From Bacteroidota bacterium (GTDB lineage Bacteria > Bacteroidota > Bacteroidia > UBA8524), in the NCBI GenBank assembly GCA_016124735.1, contig WGMZ01000031.1, forward strand, positions 121,992 to 185,991: a DNA stretch of 64,000 bases. Direction: 5' to 3'. The position numbers and the translations under genes were made by a program. Each line of letters starts with the position of its first letter. Position 1 is the stretch's first letter. Below, piece by piece: positions 31,201 through 40,875 of the stretch. The notes beneath the pieces were generated by a model, which worked only from the letters and a program-made list of their open reading frames with translations, made no database searches and had not been told where the DNA came from.

Positions 31201-32824
31201 GCGCAAACGAATCAATCTCAATATAATTCTCACGAATAGCCCATATAACCGGAGTATTGTATCCAAGGCCCGTCTCCCACGCAATCACATTGGTGTCGTT
31301 ATTAAAGTACAAGCCGATGGTATCACCTTCAACCGAAGTACCCCAGCTTTTGCTGTCTTTCCAATAAGTTGCTCCGGCATTATCCGTTGCCACCCCACCC
31401 CCATTGGTTTTTTCATTCCAATAGTACACGGTTCCGGTATGCAAACGGGTACCCGAACGGGCATTCCAGTCGCAGGAGCCATTCTTAGATATTTTTAACA
31501 GGAAAGCATCCGTTTGATAATAGCCGCCTCCCCAGGCTGTCGCCGAAAAAGGAGGCACATAAAACTGACAAATACTCGTCGAATCCGTTGTTCGGTCGAT
31601 CGTGCCGGATACAAATATTTTACCCGAATAATCGACATCCATGGAAGCGATGTTGATGCGTTGATTCAACCACCACCAGCCTGAAGGATTGCTGGTCGTT
31701 GTATTGTCACCAAAGCGTTTGACCCAATCTATAGTTCCATTGTTATTCAATCTGGAAACATATAAATCATCGAATCCAAGTCCTCCATTATTGGTGAACT
31801 TGGCGTTACCAAAACTATCTGCCCCTGACGATGATTGCATTTTACCTCCAACATAAATATACCCTTGCTCATCTACTGCCAAAGCAGAAGCGGTCGATCC
31901 CATTTGGGTCGCCCAAACCGGAGTACCATTGTTTGGAAATACCCTCATCACAAAGCCATTTTGATCGCTTTGTGTCGATCCGGCATAGAGCTTACCGCTC
32001 CCGGATTGAATGGTATTTGTAAAAGATCCCGAAACATACACGCGCCCGGTACGGTCAACTTTCACGTCTCCTCCCGCCGATTGCCAGGCTGATTGACCAT
32101 CTGCCGTAGCAATTCGCTTGCAGTAATAAGCGCTGCCATCTGTTGCTAACTTGAGTAAGAAAACACTCCAGCCCTGGCTGCTGCCAGAGATACCAGTATT
32201 TCCATATTGGAAATAGCCCTGAAACAATCCAGTAATATAAATATCGCCATTGGCGCTGCAAGTAATTCCGGTCGGGTAATCATTTGCATTTCCTCCAACA
32301 GTCATCGCCCAGTCCACGACGCCATCAGGTTTGATTTTCACCAGCCAAATATCTCCTTGCCCATAACTTCCAACTGTTTGACCCGCAATAGAAGTAACTC
32401 CATTGTAGGTCGATCCGATGATATAAGAATTCCCTGCTGTATCAATTGCAAGGGAAGTAGTCCACAGATACCCCGTCGCATCTATTGAAGTAGCCCATTG
32501 AGCAACTCCCTTTCGGTTGTACTTGGCCATGTATGGCGTAGCATATTGATTCGACCCTGCCTGGGCATAAACACTGTCTCCAAAATCAAGAGCCCCTGTT
32601 CCATAACCGGCATAACTGTACTGACTTCCTATTGAATAGACATTTCCGTACTCATCGCAAACCATATCACGAGAACCAGAGCCCCAGGTAGCTGTGCTCC
32701 AATAATGCGCGCCCTGTCCATCTACTTTGCTCCAATCGTATTTTTGGCCACTAACAGAGGCAACAGAAAATAGAAATAAAACAAGAACCGTTAATAACGA
32801 TTTCGAGTTTTGGTTTTGTCTCAT
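28214..32824 (-). CDS. Large surface protein: beta-propeller repeats, about 8 Cys-containing Ig-like repeats, PKD domains and T9SS type B (gliding-motility) CTD
   Basis: DxxGNxYxxG repeats; eight DTTIC-like repeats; WDFGDG; VPSGFTPNDDKLND...IYDRWG...WDG. Confidence 0.88.
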   Translation of the reverse strand: MRQNQNSKSLLTVLVLFLFSVASVSGQKYDWSKVDGQGAHYWSTATWGSGSRDMVCDEYGNVYSIGSQYSYAGYGTGALDFGDSVYAQAGSNQYATPYMAKYNRKGVAQWATSIDATGYLWTTSLAIDTAGNSYIIGSTYNGVTSIAGQTVGSYGQGDIWLVKIKPDGVVDWAMTVGGNANDYPTGITCSANGDIYITGLFQGYFQYGNTGISGSSQGWSVFLLKLATDGSAYYCKRIATADGQSAWQSAGGDVKVDRTGRVYVSGSFTNTIQSGSGKLYAGSTQSDQNGFVMRVFPNNGTPVWATQMGSTASALAVDEQGYIYVGGKMQSSSGADSFGNAKFTNNGGLGFDDLYVSRLNNNGTIDWVKRFGDNTTTSNPSGWWWLNQRINIASMDVDYSGKIFVSGTIDRTTDSTSICQFYVPPFSATAWGGGYYQTDAFLLKISKNGSCDWNARSGTRLHTGTVYYWNEKTNGGGVATDNAGATYWKDSKSWGTSVEGDTIGLYFNNDTNVIAWETGLGYNTPVIWAIRENYIEIDSFAPKTACPGDSIRVWYTKHEVFDTTNMFYIELSNRTGVFFDAVNIGSIKDTGSGVLSGVLPLTSPEGTGYRLRVSGTAPAVRGYPFETNLTIKGVPPTNAGSDDSMCYGDTITLHASGGIDFAWFSDIFLNDSSLVDPSIYPDSTHSFILRSVDSATSCYFLDTMTMRVISQPRLIPRQDTTICQGESVWLTTTATGGKPKQYHYTWINSLDNSVVDYGDSVLVNPRLTTPYKAVLYDSCSILRDTAIVTINVRGHLKANPRSDTTLCIGESVNIYALTSGGLDSQYHYNWYVDTNLVKTDSAFTWPSQDTSITFKLVVDDGGCSDEKDSAYFTAFRRDSLRIFSRTDTTICNGQGILLNVWGTGGFSGGYTFTWDHNLPSRDSVYVVPTQQVTTYKVKLSDACTNFTDTTSINISLRFPLNLKVQSDTLICRGESMYLHVDGSGGDSLHYTFNWKNIGPGNVIKITPSQETTYTVTLTDNCTLLSTDDSFKVSLRNPLSISTSPDTTICVSNTALLRAYGTGGNSPTYEFVWSDGTTETTLPANIPYSVTPAASSTYSVRLQDNCTVINDSSTIKVTLRDPLEVSATPSDTTICHGAIATVQAVGKGGLLGNYSYHWEYVGNGAVQHVQPLIDSTFRVMISDGCSPWDTAEVKVKISTPLKVVATGDTLICPDRPIVMKAYASGGVPTNYQYTWSHGLGNGNKKAVITYTAEDYVVTLTDNCSFPSYDTVSVRLAPLPDTHFSVDLDTGCQPMEVLFSSDYFALGGYCNWFWEYETNVYESKSDPYGAHLYDAPGTFQTRLVVTSIYGCTDTSEYVPIVVHPKPVAQISFKPESSTILEPTAHIVNKTSHAYKNYWDFGDGANSQLFAPFHRYADTGHYTVLYFVESEFGCKDTAEAVYQVREIFSCYVPSGFTPNDDKLNDEFFVTGTGIYALHIKIYDRWGALIYESSDPNFHWDGTDQRSGELLPTGAYIYQLKVDLDDGGRKNLSGTISLVR

Positions 32825-32908
32825 GATATCTCAAAATTACTTTAATCGTTACAAATCAGGGAGATTTTCACAGATTTAATCGACTAAAATAGAGCTTGGT
32901 TTGAAGGA

Positions 32909-32937
32909 AAGATGTGTTTAGTTAACGAAACGTTGCC
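32909..32937 (-). promoter_or_regulatory. Putative ECF-type promoter upstream of the 1536-aa T9SS protein
   Basis: GGCAAC-N17-CATCTT, 21/29 identical to the motif at 20875-20903. Confidence 0.45.
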
Positions 32938-32988
32938 TACTGTTTAGGCATTTATCGAAACCCGAATGAATTTTACTATTTTCGACCA

Positions 32989-33438
32989 ATGAAGTATGCA
33001 ATTCTTTTGATGTCAACTTTGTTCATTAGTTCCTGCGCATTGCTTAAAAAAAAGCAGTGCACCGAAATTAATCTGGGTACCCCAAACGTTTTTATGACTC
33101 AGGTAACCCCTGATGCCGGGATGTATATTTTTAAAATCACAGAAGGAGAATTAAACCAAACTGAATTGCACTTAAATATTCAGATTGAAACGGGTGATAA
33201 AGATGCATTTATCATCAAAATGGGAGAAGAACCCAAAAGTAAAATGATCCATAAAGAGGCCTGGGTATGGAAACAGAAGGTGAACGAAGAAAAGATGGAG
33301 GTAAGTGCAACAGGACAGATTCAATTGGATTATGCAGGAAAAGTTTATTGCTTCAATCTAACTTATGAAGGCAGCTCTATGAAAATGCCCATGCCGGAAG
33401 GCGCGCCGCCAGAAGCACCTCGTGAGATGCCTCATTAA
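32989..33438 (+). CDS. Hypothetical lipoprotein
   Basis: Signal peptide ending ISSC; TATTTTCG element just upstream. Confidence 0.7.
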   Translation: MKYAILLMSTLFISSCALLKKKQCTEINLGTPNVFMTQVTPDAGMYIFKITEGELNQTELHLNIQIETGDKDAFIIKMGEEPKSKMIHKEAWVWKQKVNEEKMEVSATGQIQLDYAGKVYCFNLTYEGSSMKMPMPEGAPPEAPREMPH

Positions 33439-34055
33439 TGCCTGAAGTAATCAAAAAGCAGATACGCAGCAATTCCGATAAAAACCATTCCAGTGATGCG
33501 GTTAACCCAAACCAGAATGGAATCATTGAGAAATTTTTTAATCCGGTGTGCAAGGAATGAGATCAACACTTCTGCCCCGAATATAGCAATCAGGCATCCG
33601 GCGAAAAAAATGACCAGATGCGATGTATCATAACCCCAGGTTCCTCTTGCCATGGCCGCAATGCCTGCCCAAAACAAAAAATTCACCGGATTCAGAATAT
33701 TTAAAAGGAAGCCATTACTCACGAATGAAAATAGAAACATGGCTTTTCCTAACTTACTTTCCGGGTAGCTTAATTGCTTCTGCTTTCCAAATAGTAAATT
33801 TAAACCCAGCGCAGTGAGCAGAATGACAGCCCCGGCATATATCCAGATATTTTTCTCTTCCGGATCCATGAAGGAAACCCCCAGTATGGCCAAACAAATG
33901 AAGATAAAGTCGGAAAAGACGACACCCGATGCAATCAACATCCCTTTTTTCCAACCGTGGGTAATGCTGTTTTGGATCAGCGAAAAAAAGACGGTACCGA
34001 GCATAAAACTCATCCCAAAACCAAATACCAGTCCTTTCCCCAGGGCATATATCAT
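33435..34055 (-). CDS. LysE family translocator
   Basis: Multiple TM helices; GTVFFSLIQ, GFLLNILNP. Confidence 0.85.
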   Translation of the reverse strand: MIYALGKGLVFGFGMSFMLGTVFFSLIQNSITHGWKKGMLIASGVVFSDFIFICLAILGVSFMDPEEKNIWIYAGAVILLTALGLNLLFGKQKQLSYPESKLGKAMFLFSFVSNGFLLNILNPVNFLFWAGIAAMARGTWGYDTSHLVIFFAGCLIAIFGAEVLISFLAHRIKKFLNDSILVWVNRITGMVFIGIAAYLLFDYFRH

Positions 34056-34091
34056 GCGGCAAAATAAATCATTTTTACCTTTGGCCCATCT

Positions 34092-35447
34092 ATGACAGCT
34101 GTTTGGGTTGTAAGTGCATATCTGCTTTTACTTCTGGCAGGAAGTTTTCAGCATCGAAAGGGCAATGTCGACGCCGATTCATTCTTGCTCGCAGGAAGAC
34201 GGTTGACCCTTTTCCCCTTTGTTGCCACCATGGTGACCACCGCCTACGGATGGATCTTTGGGATTGGTGAGTTATATTACCAATATGGTATTAGCGCCTG
34301 GCTATTCTTAAGCCTCCCCTACACTATTTTCGCTGGAATCATGGCATTTTTTCTCTCCGGAAAAATCCGGAAAGAGCAAATTCACTCGGTACCCGAACTG
34401 CTCGAAAAATACTACGGGAAAGGCTTCGCAAAACTTGGATCTCTGGCGGTTTTGATCACCATTTCTCCTGCCATGTACGCCTTGATGTGTGCACAACTGC
34501 TCAGTTCCATTTTCCCGATCCCAATATGGATTTCCATCATGCTCGCCTTGTTCTTTTCTTCGGTCTATTTATACAATGGAGGATTGGCCGCATTGGCAAA
34601 AAAAGATGGATGGAAATTCATCCTGATGTTCGGAGGTTTTGCAGTTGCTTTAGGATATTTATTTATTCAATATGGACCATTGCCCTTAAAAGGAATGCCA
34701 GCCGGAAGTCTGAAATTCTCACTGCACGCTCACTTTTGGGAGGTGCTATCCTGGTTTATTCTGGCTAGTTTACTCTTTGCAGATCCGGGCTTCCATCAAC
34801 GGATTTATTCTACCCATAATGCAAGAACGGCGCAAGTCGGTCTCTTCATTTCCATTTTGTGCTGGACCTTTTTTGACTTCCTTGCCGGTTCTGTCGCTTT
34901 GTACGCACTGGGATTGATGCCCGAATTGGAGAATAGTGCATTTGTCTATTTAGCTCTTGCCACTTCCCAGTTACCGGAATGGATTGCAGCTCTGTTTATA
35001 CTGGGCTTACTCGCCACCATTATGTCAACCCTCGATAGCTTCCTGTTTCTTTCGGCACAAACTCTGATGTTGGATTTATTCAATAAGAAAACGGAAACGA
35101 AAAAGGAAATGCGAAAAGGACTTCTTTTAAGCAGTGTATTGACATTTCTCATACTTATTCCATACCAGCAAGAAAGCGCCGTGCGTATTTTCTACGACTT
35201 TACTCCGTATATCGTATGCATACTGGTGCCTCCGGTCTTGTCCATCTTTATTCCCTCAATCAAAATCCAATCCCGTCAGCTATGGGTGCAGGTGCTTGTT
35301 TCTATCCTTGTTTGTCTTATCTGGAATTGGGCATACAGCAACAATGACGAAGCGTTGAGTGCCGTTGTACCTGCCATTCTAGCAAGCATTGGTATACAGG
35401 CCTTCTTTTTGCTATATAATAAAAGCATGTCAGGAATGCAGAATTAG
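34092..35447 (+). CDS. Sodium:solute symporter family protein
   Basis: FLLAGRRL, GLLATIMSTLDS, many TM helices. Confidence 0.88.
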   Translation: MTAVWVVSAYLLLLLAGSFQHRKGNVDADSFLLAGRRLTLFPFVATMVTTAYGWIFGIGELYYQYGISAWLFLSLPYTIFAGIMAFFLSGKIRKEQIHSVPELLEKYYGKGFAKLGSLAVLITISPAMYALMCAQLLSSIFPIPIWISIMLALFFSSVYLYNGGLAALAKKDGWKFILMFGGFAVALGYLFIQYGPLPLKGMPAGSLKFSLHAHFWEVLSWFILASLLFADPGFHQRIYSTHNARTAQVGLFISILCWTFFDFLAGSVALYALGLMPELENSAFVYLALATSQLPEWIAALFILGLLATIMSTLDSFLFLSAQTLMLDLFNKKTETKKEMRKGLLLSSVLTFLILIPYQQESAVRIFYDFTPYIVCILVPPVLSIFIPSIKIQSRQLWVQVLVSILVCLIWNWAYSNNDEALSAVVPAILASIGIQAFFLLYNKSMSGMQN

Positions 35448-35462
35448 TTTGATATTTGCACT

Positions 35463-35828
35463 GTGGATTCAAAACGACAGGAAAAATTTGCCCGATTAAT
35501 TCAAAAGGATCTGGGCGAGATCTTCCAGATGGTTTCCCATCGCTATTTCAATGGAGCCTTTATCACCATCAGAGAAGTAAAGGTGACTCCAGACCTCGGT
35601 CTGGCCAGGGTTTACCTCAGCTTCTTTCAGGTAGATGATAAAGAAGACATGCTGGAAAAGGTAGACATGCATGCTAAAGAAATCCGGCACGAATTGGCAC
35701 AACGCATTCGCCACCAGGTACGCAAAATTCCGGCCTTGGAATTTTTTGTGGATGATACACTCGATTACGCCCAGCACATGGAAGATGTTTTCAAAAAGCT
35801 TCGCGAAGAGGAGGGAAGCAAAGATTAA
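35463..35828 (+). CDS. rbfA: Ribosome-binding factor A (GTG start)
   Basis: RQEKFARLIQKDL, VTPDLGLARVYLS, RKIPALEFFVD. Confidence 0.95.
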   Translation: MDSKRQEKFARLIQKDLGEIFQMVSHRYFNGAFITIREVKVTPDLGLARVYLSFFQVDDKEDMLEKVDMHAKEIRHELAQRIRHQVRKIPALEFFVDDTLDYAQHMEDVFKKLREEEGSKD

Positions 35829-35830
35829 TC

Positions 35831-36637
35831 ATGTTTTACGATCCGGTCAAAGATATGTTGGGCGGGATGTTTACCCGTCACCCTTTCCTGCGCAGAGTAT
35901 TTTATCGATTGCTTGACGCTTTGCTTTTGCGGTCCTGGCATATGCACCGCGAAATAAAAATCTGGTCGAAAGAGCATAAAAAAGCGACTCATATTCTTGA
36001 TGCCGGCTGCGGCTTCGGGCAGTACAGTTATTTCCTGCATAAGCTAAACCCTCGATACAGTATCCTGGGCCTCGATATCAAAGGCGATCTGGTTTGCCGA
36101 TGCAATTCCTTTTACCGGGAACGCAAAATCAGCAATGTGTATTTCAAAACCGGCGATATCAATCAATATAGGCAGGAATCCGCTTTCGATCTGGTTGTTT
36201 GTGCGGATGTTTTGGAATATGTGGAAGATGAAAACAAAGTCTTTAAAAATGTCTACGAAAGTCTGAAGGAAAACGGCATTTTCCTGATGTCGGTTCCAAC
36301 AGATGGAAAGACAATGATTAATATCCATCAATTTCGTTTTCGCGAAGAAGGAAATCAGTTGCACGATGGATACAATATGAGCGACTTAAAAATTCGTCTC
36401 AAAAAGGTGGGCTTTAAAAAAGTAAGAGCGCGCTATACTTACGGAAAGCCGGGACAAATATCCTGGATGCTTTCCACCAAGTGGCCGGTGGAACTCCTCC
36501 GGCTCTGGAAAGGCATGGTAGTCCTTCTCCCAATTTATTTTCTTCTTATCTTTCCGGTCTGTCTGATTTTAAATTTTATGGACACCCATATGGGCCATTT
36601 AACCGGAGCCGGATTGATTCTGAAAGGATATAAATGA
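35831..36637 (+). CDS. Class I SAM-dependent methyltransferase
   Basis: ILDAGCGFG, DVLEYV. Confidence 0.9.
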   Translation: MFYDPVKDMLGGMFTRHPFLRRVFYRLLDALLLRSWHMHREIKIWSKEHKKATHILDAGCGFGQYSYFLHKLNPRYSILGLDIKGDLVCRCNSFYRERKISNVYFKTGDINQYRQESAFDLVVCADVLEYVEDENKVFKNVYESLKENGIFLMSVPTDGKTMINIHQFRFREEGNQLHDGYNMSDLKIRLKKVGFKKVRARYTYGKPGQISWMLSTKWPVELLRLWKGMVVLLPIYFLLIFPVCLILNFMDTHMGHLTGAGLILKGYK

Positions 36638-37860
36638 TATTAAGTCGTTTTATTGCCAGACGCTACCTGTTTTCAAAAAACAACCCAAATGCCATCAATA
36701 TCATCAGTGGCATTTCTGTTTTGGGCTTCACTGTTGGTGCCATGGCGCTGGTCACGGTTATGTCGGTATTCAATGGATTCGAATCGCTTGTCCATTCGCT
36801 TTACTCTGCCTTCGACCCTTCGATTAAAGTAGAAGCTAAATACGGCAAAGTTTTTCATGTAGACTCCATCCCTTTTTATCAAATTAAAAACCTTGATGGT
36901 GTGGATGAAGTAGCCCGGGTTTTAGAGGAAAACGTGGTGCTGCGCTATGATGAAAGGCAGGCAATTGCCACCATGAAAGGGGTAAGCAGGGAATTCGTGG
37001 ATGTAACCAGGCTCGACAGCATGATTTTCGAAGGACAACTTCTTCTTGAAAGCGGAACGCAGAATTTCGCCGTTGCCGGCATTGGCATTGCAACCCGCCT
37101 GGGTCTGTCGACCTACAATGACTTCACCCAATTGGCTATTTACATTCCCCGACGTGATGCAGGAATCACCATGAATCCGGAGAAAGCATTGAATCAGGCG
37201 TTTTTGCGCCCCAGCGGAGTTTTTAGCATCGACGACGATATCAATAATAAATACGTGATTGTTCCATTGCGTTTGGCGCAGGATTTACTCAGCTATGGAG
37301 ATGAAGTCAGCGCCCTGGAGATCAAAGTGAAAGATGGATATCGGGTAGACGAAGTGCAGGAAGAATTAAAACATTTACTGGGCGACGACTTCTACGTTAA
37401 AAATCAAGAAGAACAGGAGGCGAATCTTTATAAAGTGTTCCGATATGAAAAATGGGCGACCGCTCTTATCATGGTATTCATTCTAATATTGCTCACGTTC
37501 ACGGTTGTATCCTCTCTTAGCATGCTCGTGATGGAAAAAAGAAAAGACATTGCGGTGCTCCGTTCCATGGGAGCCAGAGATCGATTTATTCGCGCAATTT
37601 TTATTCGCGAAGGACTGATGATTGCACTCAGCGGAGGAGTTATTGGACTCCTACTCGGGTTCGCCATTTGCTACTTGCAACAAACGTATGGAATCATTGG
37701 TTTCGGCGGACTCGGTACTTTTATCGTGAACGCTTATCCAGTTCAATTGAATCCCTGGGACTTTTTGGTGACCTTTCTCTTTATTCTGCTTCTTGGATTC
37801 GCTACTTCCTTTTTCCCTGCAAGAAAAGCGGCACGCCTGGATTCACGTATGGAGTATTGA
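36634..37860 (+). CDS. LolC/E-like (FtsX family) ABC permease
   Basis: FIARRYLFSK, SVFNGF, DIAVLRSMGA, FPARKAA. Confidence 0.9.
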   Translation: MILSRFIARRYLFSKNNPNAINIISGISVLGFTVGAMALVTVMSVFNGFESLVHSLYSAFDPSIKVEAKYGKVFHVDSIPFYQIKNLDGVDEVARVLEENVVLRYDERQAIATMKGVSREFVDVTRLDSMIFEGQLLLESGTQNFAVAGIGIATRLGLSTYNDFTQLAIYIPRRDAGITMNPEKALNQAFLRPSGVFSIDDDINNKYVIVPLRLAQDLLSYGDEVSALEIKVKDGYRVDEVQEELKHLLGDDFYVKNQEEQEANLYKVFRYEKWATALIMVFILILLTFTVVSSLSMLVMEKRKDIAVLRSMGARDRFIRAIFIREGLMIALSGGVIGLLLGFAICYLQQTYGIIGFGGLGTFIVNAYPVQLNPWDFLVTFLFILLLGFATSFFPARKAARLDSRMEY

Positions 37861-38017
37861 GAAGAAAATCCGGTTCTTGCATCCACCTGCTCAAACTGAC
37901 TACTGCTCTTGAACGTTAACAAAAGTGAGAGATTGGGCCATTAGATGAGTGACTATATGAATTCTTTGGTCTATCGTCCATGAACAATCTACTGTCGGAG
38001 GTCGACCAAACAAAGGA

Positions 38018-38698
38018 CTAATCTTTTTCCCAGACCCGGCAATCTGATCCGGCTTTCTTCCAGATCATCCAATGCTTTTTATGAGCCAGATGAATCATTC
38101 TTTTCCTTAAAAGCTTCGGGTAGAAAATTCTGCACCAGGTTCCCCGACGCGAAAAGGGTTCAAGCACTCCAATCTCTGCAAGTATATCGTAGCTTGCCGC
38201 GGCGCAGCGCATTCCTAAAAAGGCATAATCGTAGGGGCAGTTTTCAGGGTATCGCTTCACAATACTATCCAATCTGTGACTTTGAGCTGAATCGAGCGGA
38301 ACCAGAATGGTCATGACTTTAAGTGAAGCGGAATCCGACTGTTTAAAGGTATGCCAGAACGCTTTCATGCTCCTTAAGGAATATGCACTATGCGGACATC
38401 TTTGCCTTTCGATGTAATGAAACTTCCCTTTTGGCGCAAAATCGATCACCTTCCCGGTATCGTATTCAATTCCCACATGTCCGCCATGAATCCCGCCAAA
38501 CCACTTTGGTTCTTGTTTGCATCCATTTTTTGGTCTTGATCCATAAATGAAATGCACCTTAATCCAGGAGGTGTCCTGAGCTAAAGAACCCGTATGCGAG
38601 ATTAATAGGAAGAAAGATACATAAGCCACTAATTTCCGAAAGGAAAGACGCGTCAATCCGTGGATAGTCTTGGCAAAACTCGGTTGTGGTCGTATCAT
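38018..38698 (-). CDS. Hypothetical secreted protein, possible permuted papain-like fold
   Basis: Signal-like segment ending SLAQ; GHVGI ... YDYAFLGMRC; start uncertain. Confidence 0.6.
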   Translation of the reverse strand: MIRPQPSFAKTIHGLTRLSFRKLVAYVSFFLLISHTGSLAQDTSWIKVHFIYGSRPKNGCKQEPKWFGGIHGGHVGIEYDTGKVIDFAPKGKFHYIERQRCPHSAYSLRSMKAFWHTFKQSDSASLKVMTILVPLDSAQSHRLDSIVKRYPENCPYDYAFLGMRCAAASYDILAEIGVLEPFSRRGTWCRIFYPKLLRKRMIHLAHKKHWMIWKKAGSDCRVWEKD

Positions 38699-38821
38699 GT
38701 ATGCTTGAGAGTGAATGTTTTACACGGTATAATAACTGAACAAATCGCATGCCGCTGTCGAACACATTCTACACGACAATTCTAACCCACGCATGAATTC
38801 GGAATGATTATTTTTGTCCGC

Positions 38822-39379
38822 ATGAAATACCTGATTGCCGGTCTGGGAAATATAGGAGCAGAATATGCCAACACCCGTCATAATATCGGATTTAATGTGG
38901 TGGACGAATTGGCTCGCCGCATGGGTGTGCAATTTGAAGTTGGACGCCATGCATACATTGCTGAAGGTAAATTTAAAGGAAGGACTCTGGTATTAATCAA
39001 GCCCACCACTTACATGAACCTGAGCGGTAAGGCAGTGAATTACTGGATGAAAGAAGCGAAAATAAAAGATGAAAATCTATTGGTCATTACCGACGATCTT
39101 GCCCTGCCCTATGGAAAGTTGCGAATGAAGGGCAAAGGCAGTGATGGCGGGCATAACGGACTCAAGGACATCAATTTGGTTCTTGGACATAACCACTATC
39201 CACGACTCCGCTTCGGCATCGATGCTCGTTTTCATAAAGGACATCAGGTGGATTATGTGCTGGGCAAATGGAATGCGGAAGAAGAAAAGTTTCTGGACGA
39301 CTATGTCCAAAAAGCCGCAGATGCTGCTGAAGCATTCTGCAGTATCGGACTCGAAAGAGCCATGAATTTCTTCAATTAG
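38822..39379 (+). CDS. pth: Peptidyl-tRNA hydrolase
   Basis: GLGN, TRHNIGF, KPTTYMNLSG, GGHNGL. Confidence 0.98.
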   Translation: MKYLIAGLGNIGAEYANTRHNIGFNVVDELARRMGVQFEVGRHAYIAEGKFKGRTLVLIKPTTYMNLSGKAVNYWMKEAKIKDENLLVITDDLALPYGKLRMKGKGSDGGHNGLKDINLVLGHNHYPRLRFGIDARFHKGHQVDYVLGKWNAEEEKFLDDYVQKAADAAEAFCSIGLERAMNFFN

Positions 39380-39434
39380 GAATATTTTCTTTCTTAAATG
39401 AATATATATTCATCTATTTTGCTTATCTTTTATT

Positions 39435-40019
39435 ATGGCAAGAGTTAAAGATAAGAATAAGCTTCATGCCATTCATGAGGCAGCATTGCATCTGGTAGTA
39501 AAAACAGGATTCACCAGCTTGAAGATGGCAGAGGTAGCACGTGAAGCAGGCATTGCCACAGGAACTCTGTATATTTACTATCCATCCAAAGAAGATTTGG
39601 TCAATATGCTTTACAGAAATATCAAATCAGAAATGGTGGAGCTTTTCGACGCAATAGTCATCGATGAGAACAATTACAAGCTCACTTTCCGGGAAATCTG
39701 GATGCGGTACTTTCGTTTTTGCATGGAAAATCCAGACAAAATGCTCTTTGTCGAACAATTCCATTATAGCGGCATTATTGAAGATGAGATTATTAAAAGC
39801 ACCAATAAAGCCATGGCTAAGATTGAAGATTTTCTGGCCTATGGCCAGCAAAGCGGCTGGATTGTCAAGGGCGGCCTTCACCTCCAAAAAGCATTTTTGC
39901 ACGGCGCCATTCATGAATGGGTTAAAAGCTTTGTAGCTAAACGGGTTAAACCCGGCGAAGAAACAGTTGAAAATTGCTTCAACATGACGTGGAATGGCCT
40001 GCATGTTGCACACCTTTAA
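39435..40019 (+). CDS. TetR/AcrR family regulator
   Basis: VAREAGIATGTLYIYYPSKEDL HTH. Confidence 0.93.
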   Translation: MARVKDKNKLHAIHEAALHLVVKTGFTSLKMAEVAREAGIATGTLYIYYPSKEDLVNMLYRNIKSEMVELFDAIVIDENNYKLTFREIWMRYFRFCMENPDKMLFVEQFHYSGIIEDEIIKSTNKAMAKIEDFLAYGQQSGWIVKGGLHLQKAFLHGAIHEWVKSFVAKRVKPGEETVENCFNMTWNGLHVAHL

Positions 40020-40055
40020 TTGGTCCTGAATTCCTGACTCACCTAATTCGTAACT

Positions 40056-40820
40056 ATGTATCCTTTAAAAAGTAAAAAATATAAAACCGGTATCGCCCTC
40101 GGTGGTGGTGGAGCCAGAGGTTACGCGCATTTGGGCGTATTGCAGGCATTGAAAGAAAAGGGAATTGAGGGAGATATATTCGCAGGAACCAGCTCTGGGG
40201 CGATCGCCGGTGCATTCATGGCCTCTGGCATGGATCCCCTCGAAGTATTTAAAATCATGAAACGGAATTCCATCTTCGACTTTGCCAAGATGACCATTCC
40301 TTCACTTGGCTTGATGAGACTGGGTCATCTGGGAAAATACCTGGGAGCACATATTCAATATGAAAATCTGGAAGACTTGCCCAAACCACTGATAATAGCC
40401 GTTTCCGATCTTTTCGAGGGAAAAGTCTGCTATCTAAAAGAAGGCCCTTTGATTCCTTTGGTGCAGGCCTCTGCTTCCATTCCGGTATTATTCTCACCAG
40501 TCGAATTAAACAAGACACTTTATGCCGATGGCGGCATCTTTGATAACCTTCCTTATATGGCAATTCAGGATCAGTGTCGCTATGTTTATGCCATCCATAT
40601 TAGCCCGGTTCGTCCGGTGAATCATCTAAAAAACCTTGCTCAAATTGCTACCCGCACCTTCGAATTGAGCGTGAATGGACATATTGAAGAAACACGTGGC
40701 AAGAAGCTCACGATCATTGCTCCCAAAGGAGTAGAGAATTATGATATTCTCGACGCCAAACATGCCGATCGTTTATTCGAAATCGGTTATGAACATACCA
40801 TCAAAATGAATCTGGACTGA
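40056..40820 (+). CDS. Patatin-like phospholipase
   Basis: GGGARG, GTSSG, DGG. Confidence 0.93.
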   Translation: MYPLKSKKYKTGIALGGGGARGYAHLGVLQALKEKGIEGDIFAGTSSGAIAGAFMASGMDPLEVFKIMKRNSIFDFAKMTIPSLGLMRLGHLGKYLGAHIQYENLEDLPKPLIIAVSDLFEGKVCYLKEGPLIPLVQASASIPVLFSPVELNKTLYADGGIFDNLPYMAIQDQCRYVYAIHISPVRPVNHLKNLAQIATRTFELSVNGHIEETRGKKLTIIAPKGVENYDILDAKHADRLFEIGYEHTIKMNLD

Positions 40821-40875
40821 CTCAAGTCATTTTTTGGCCTTGCCGAATTCCTTATCTTTATAAAAACCATAGATT

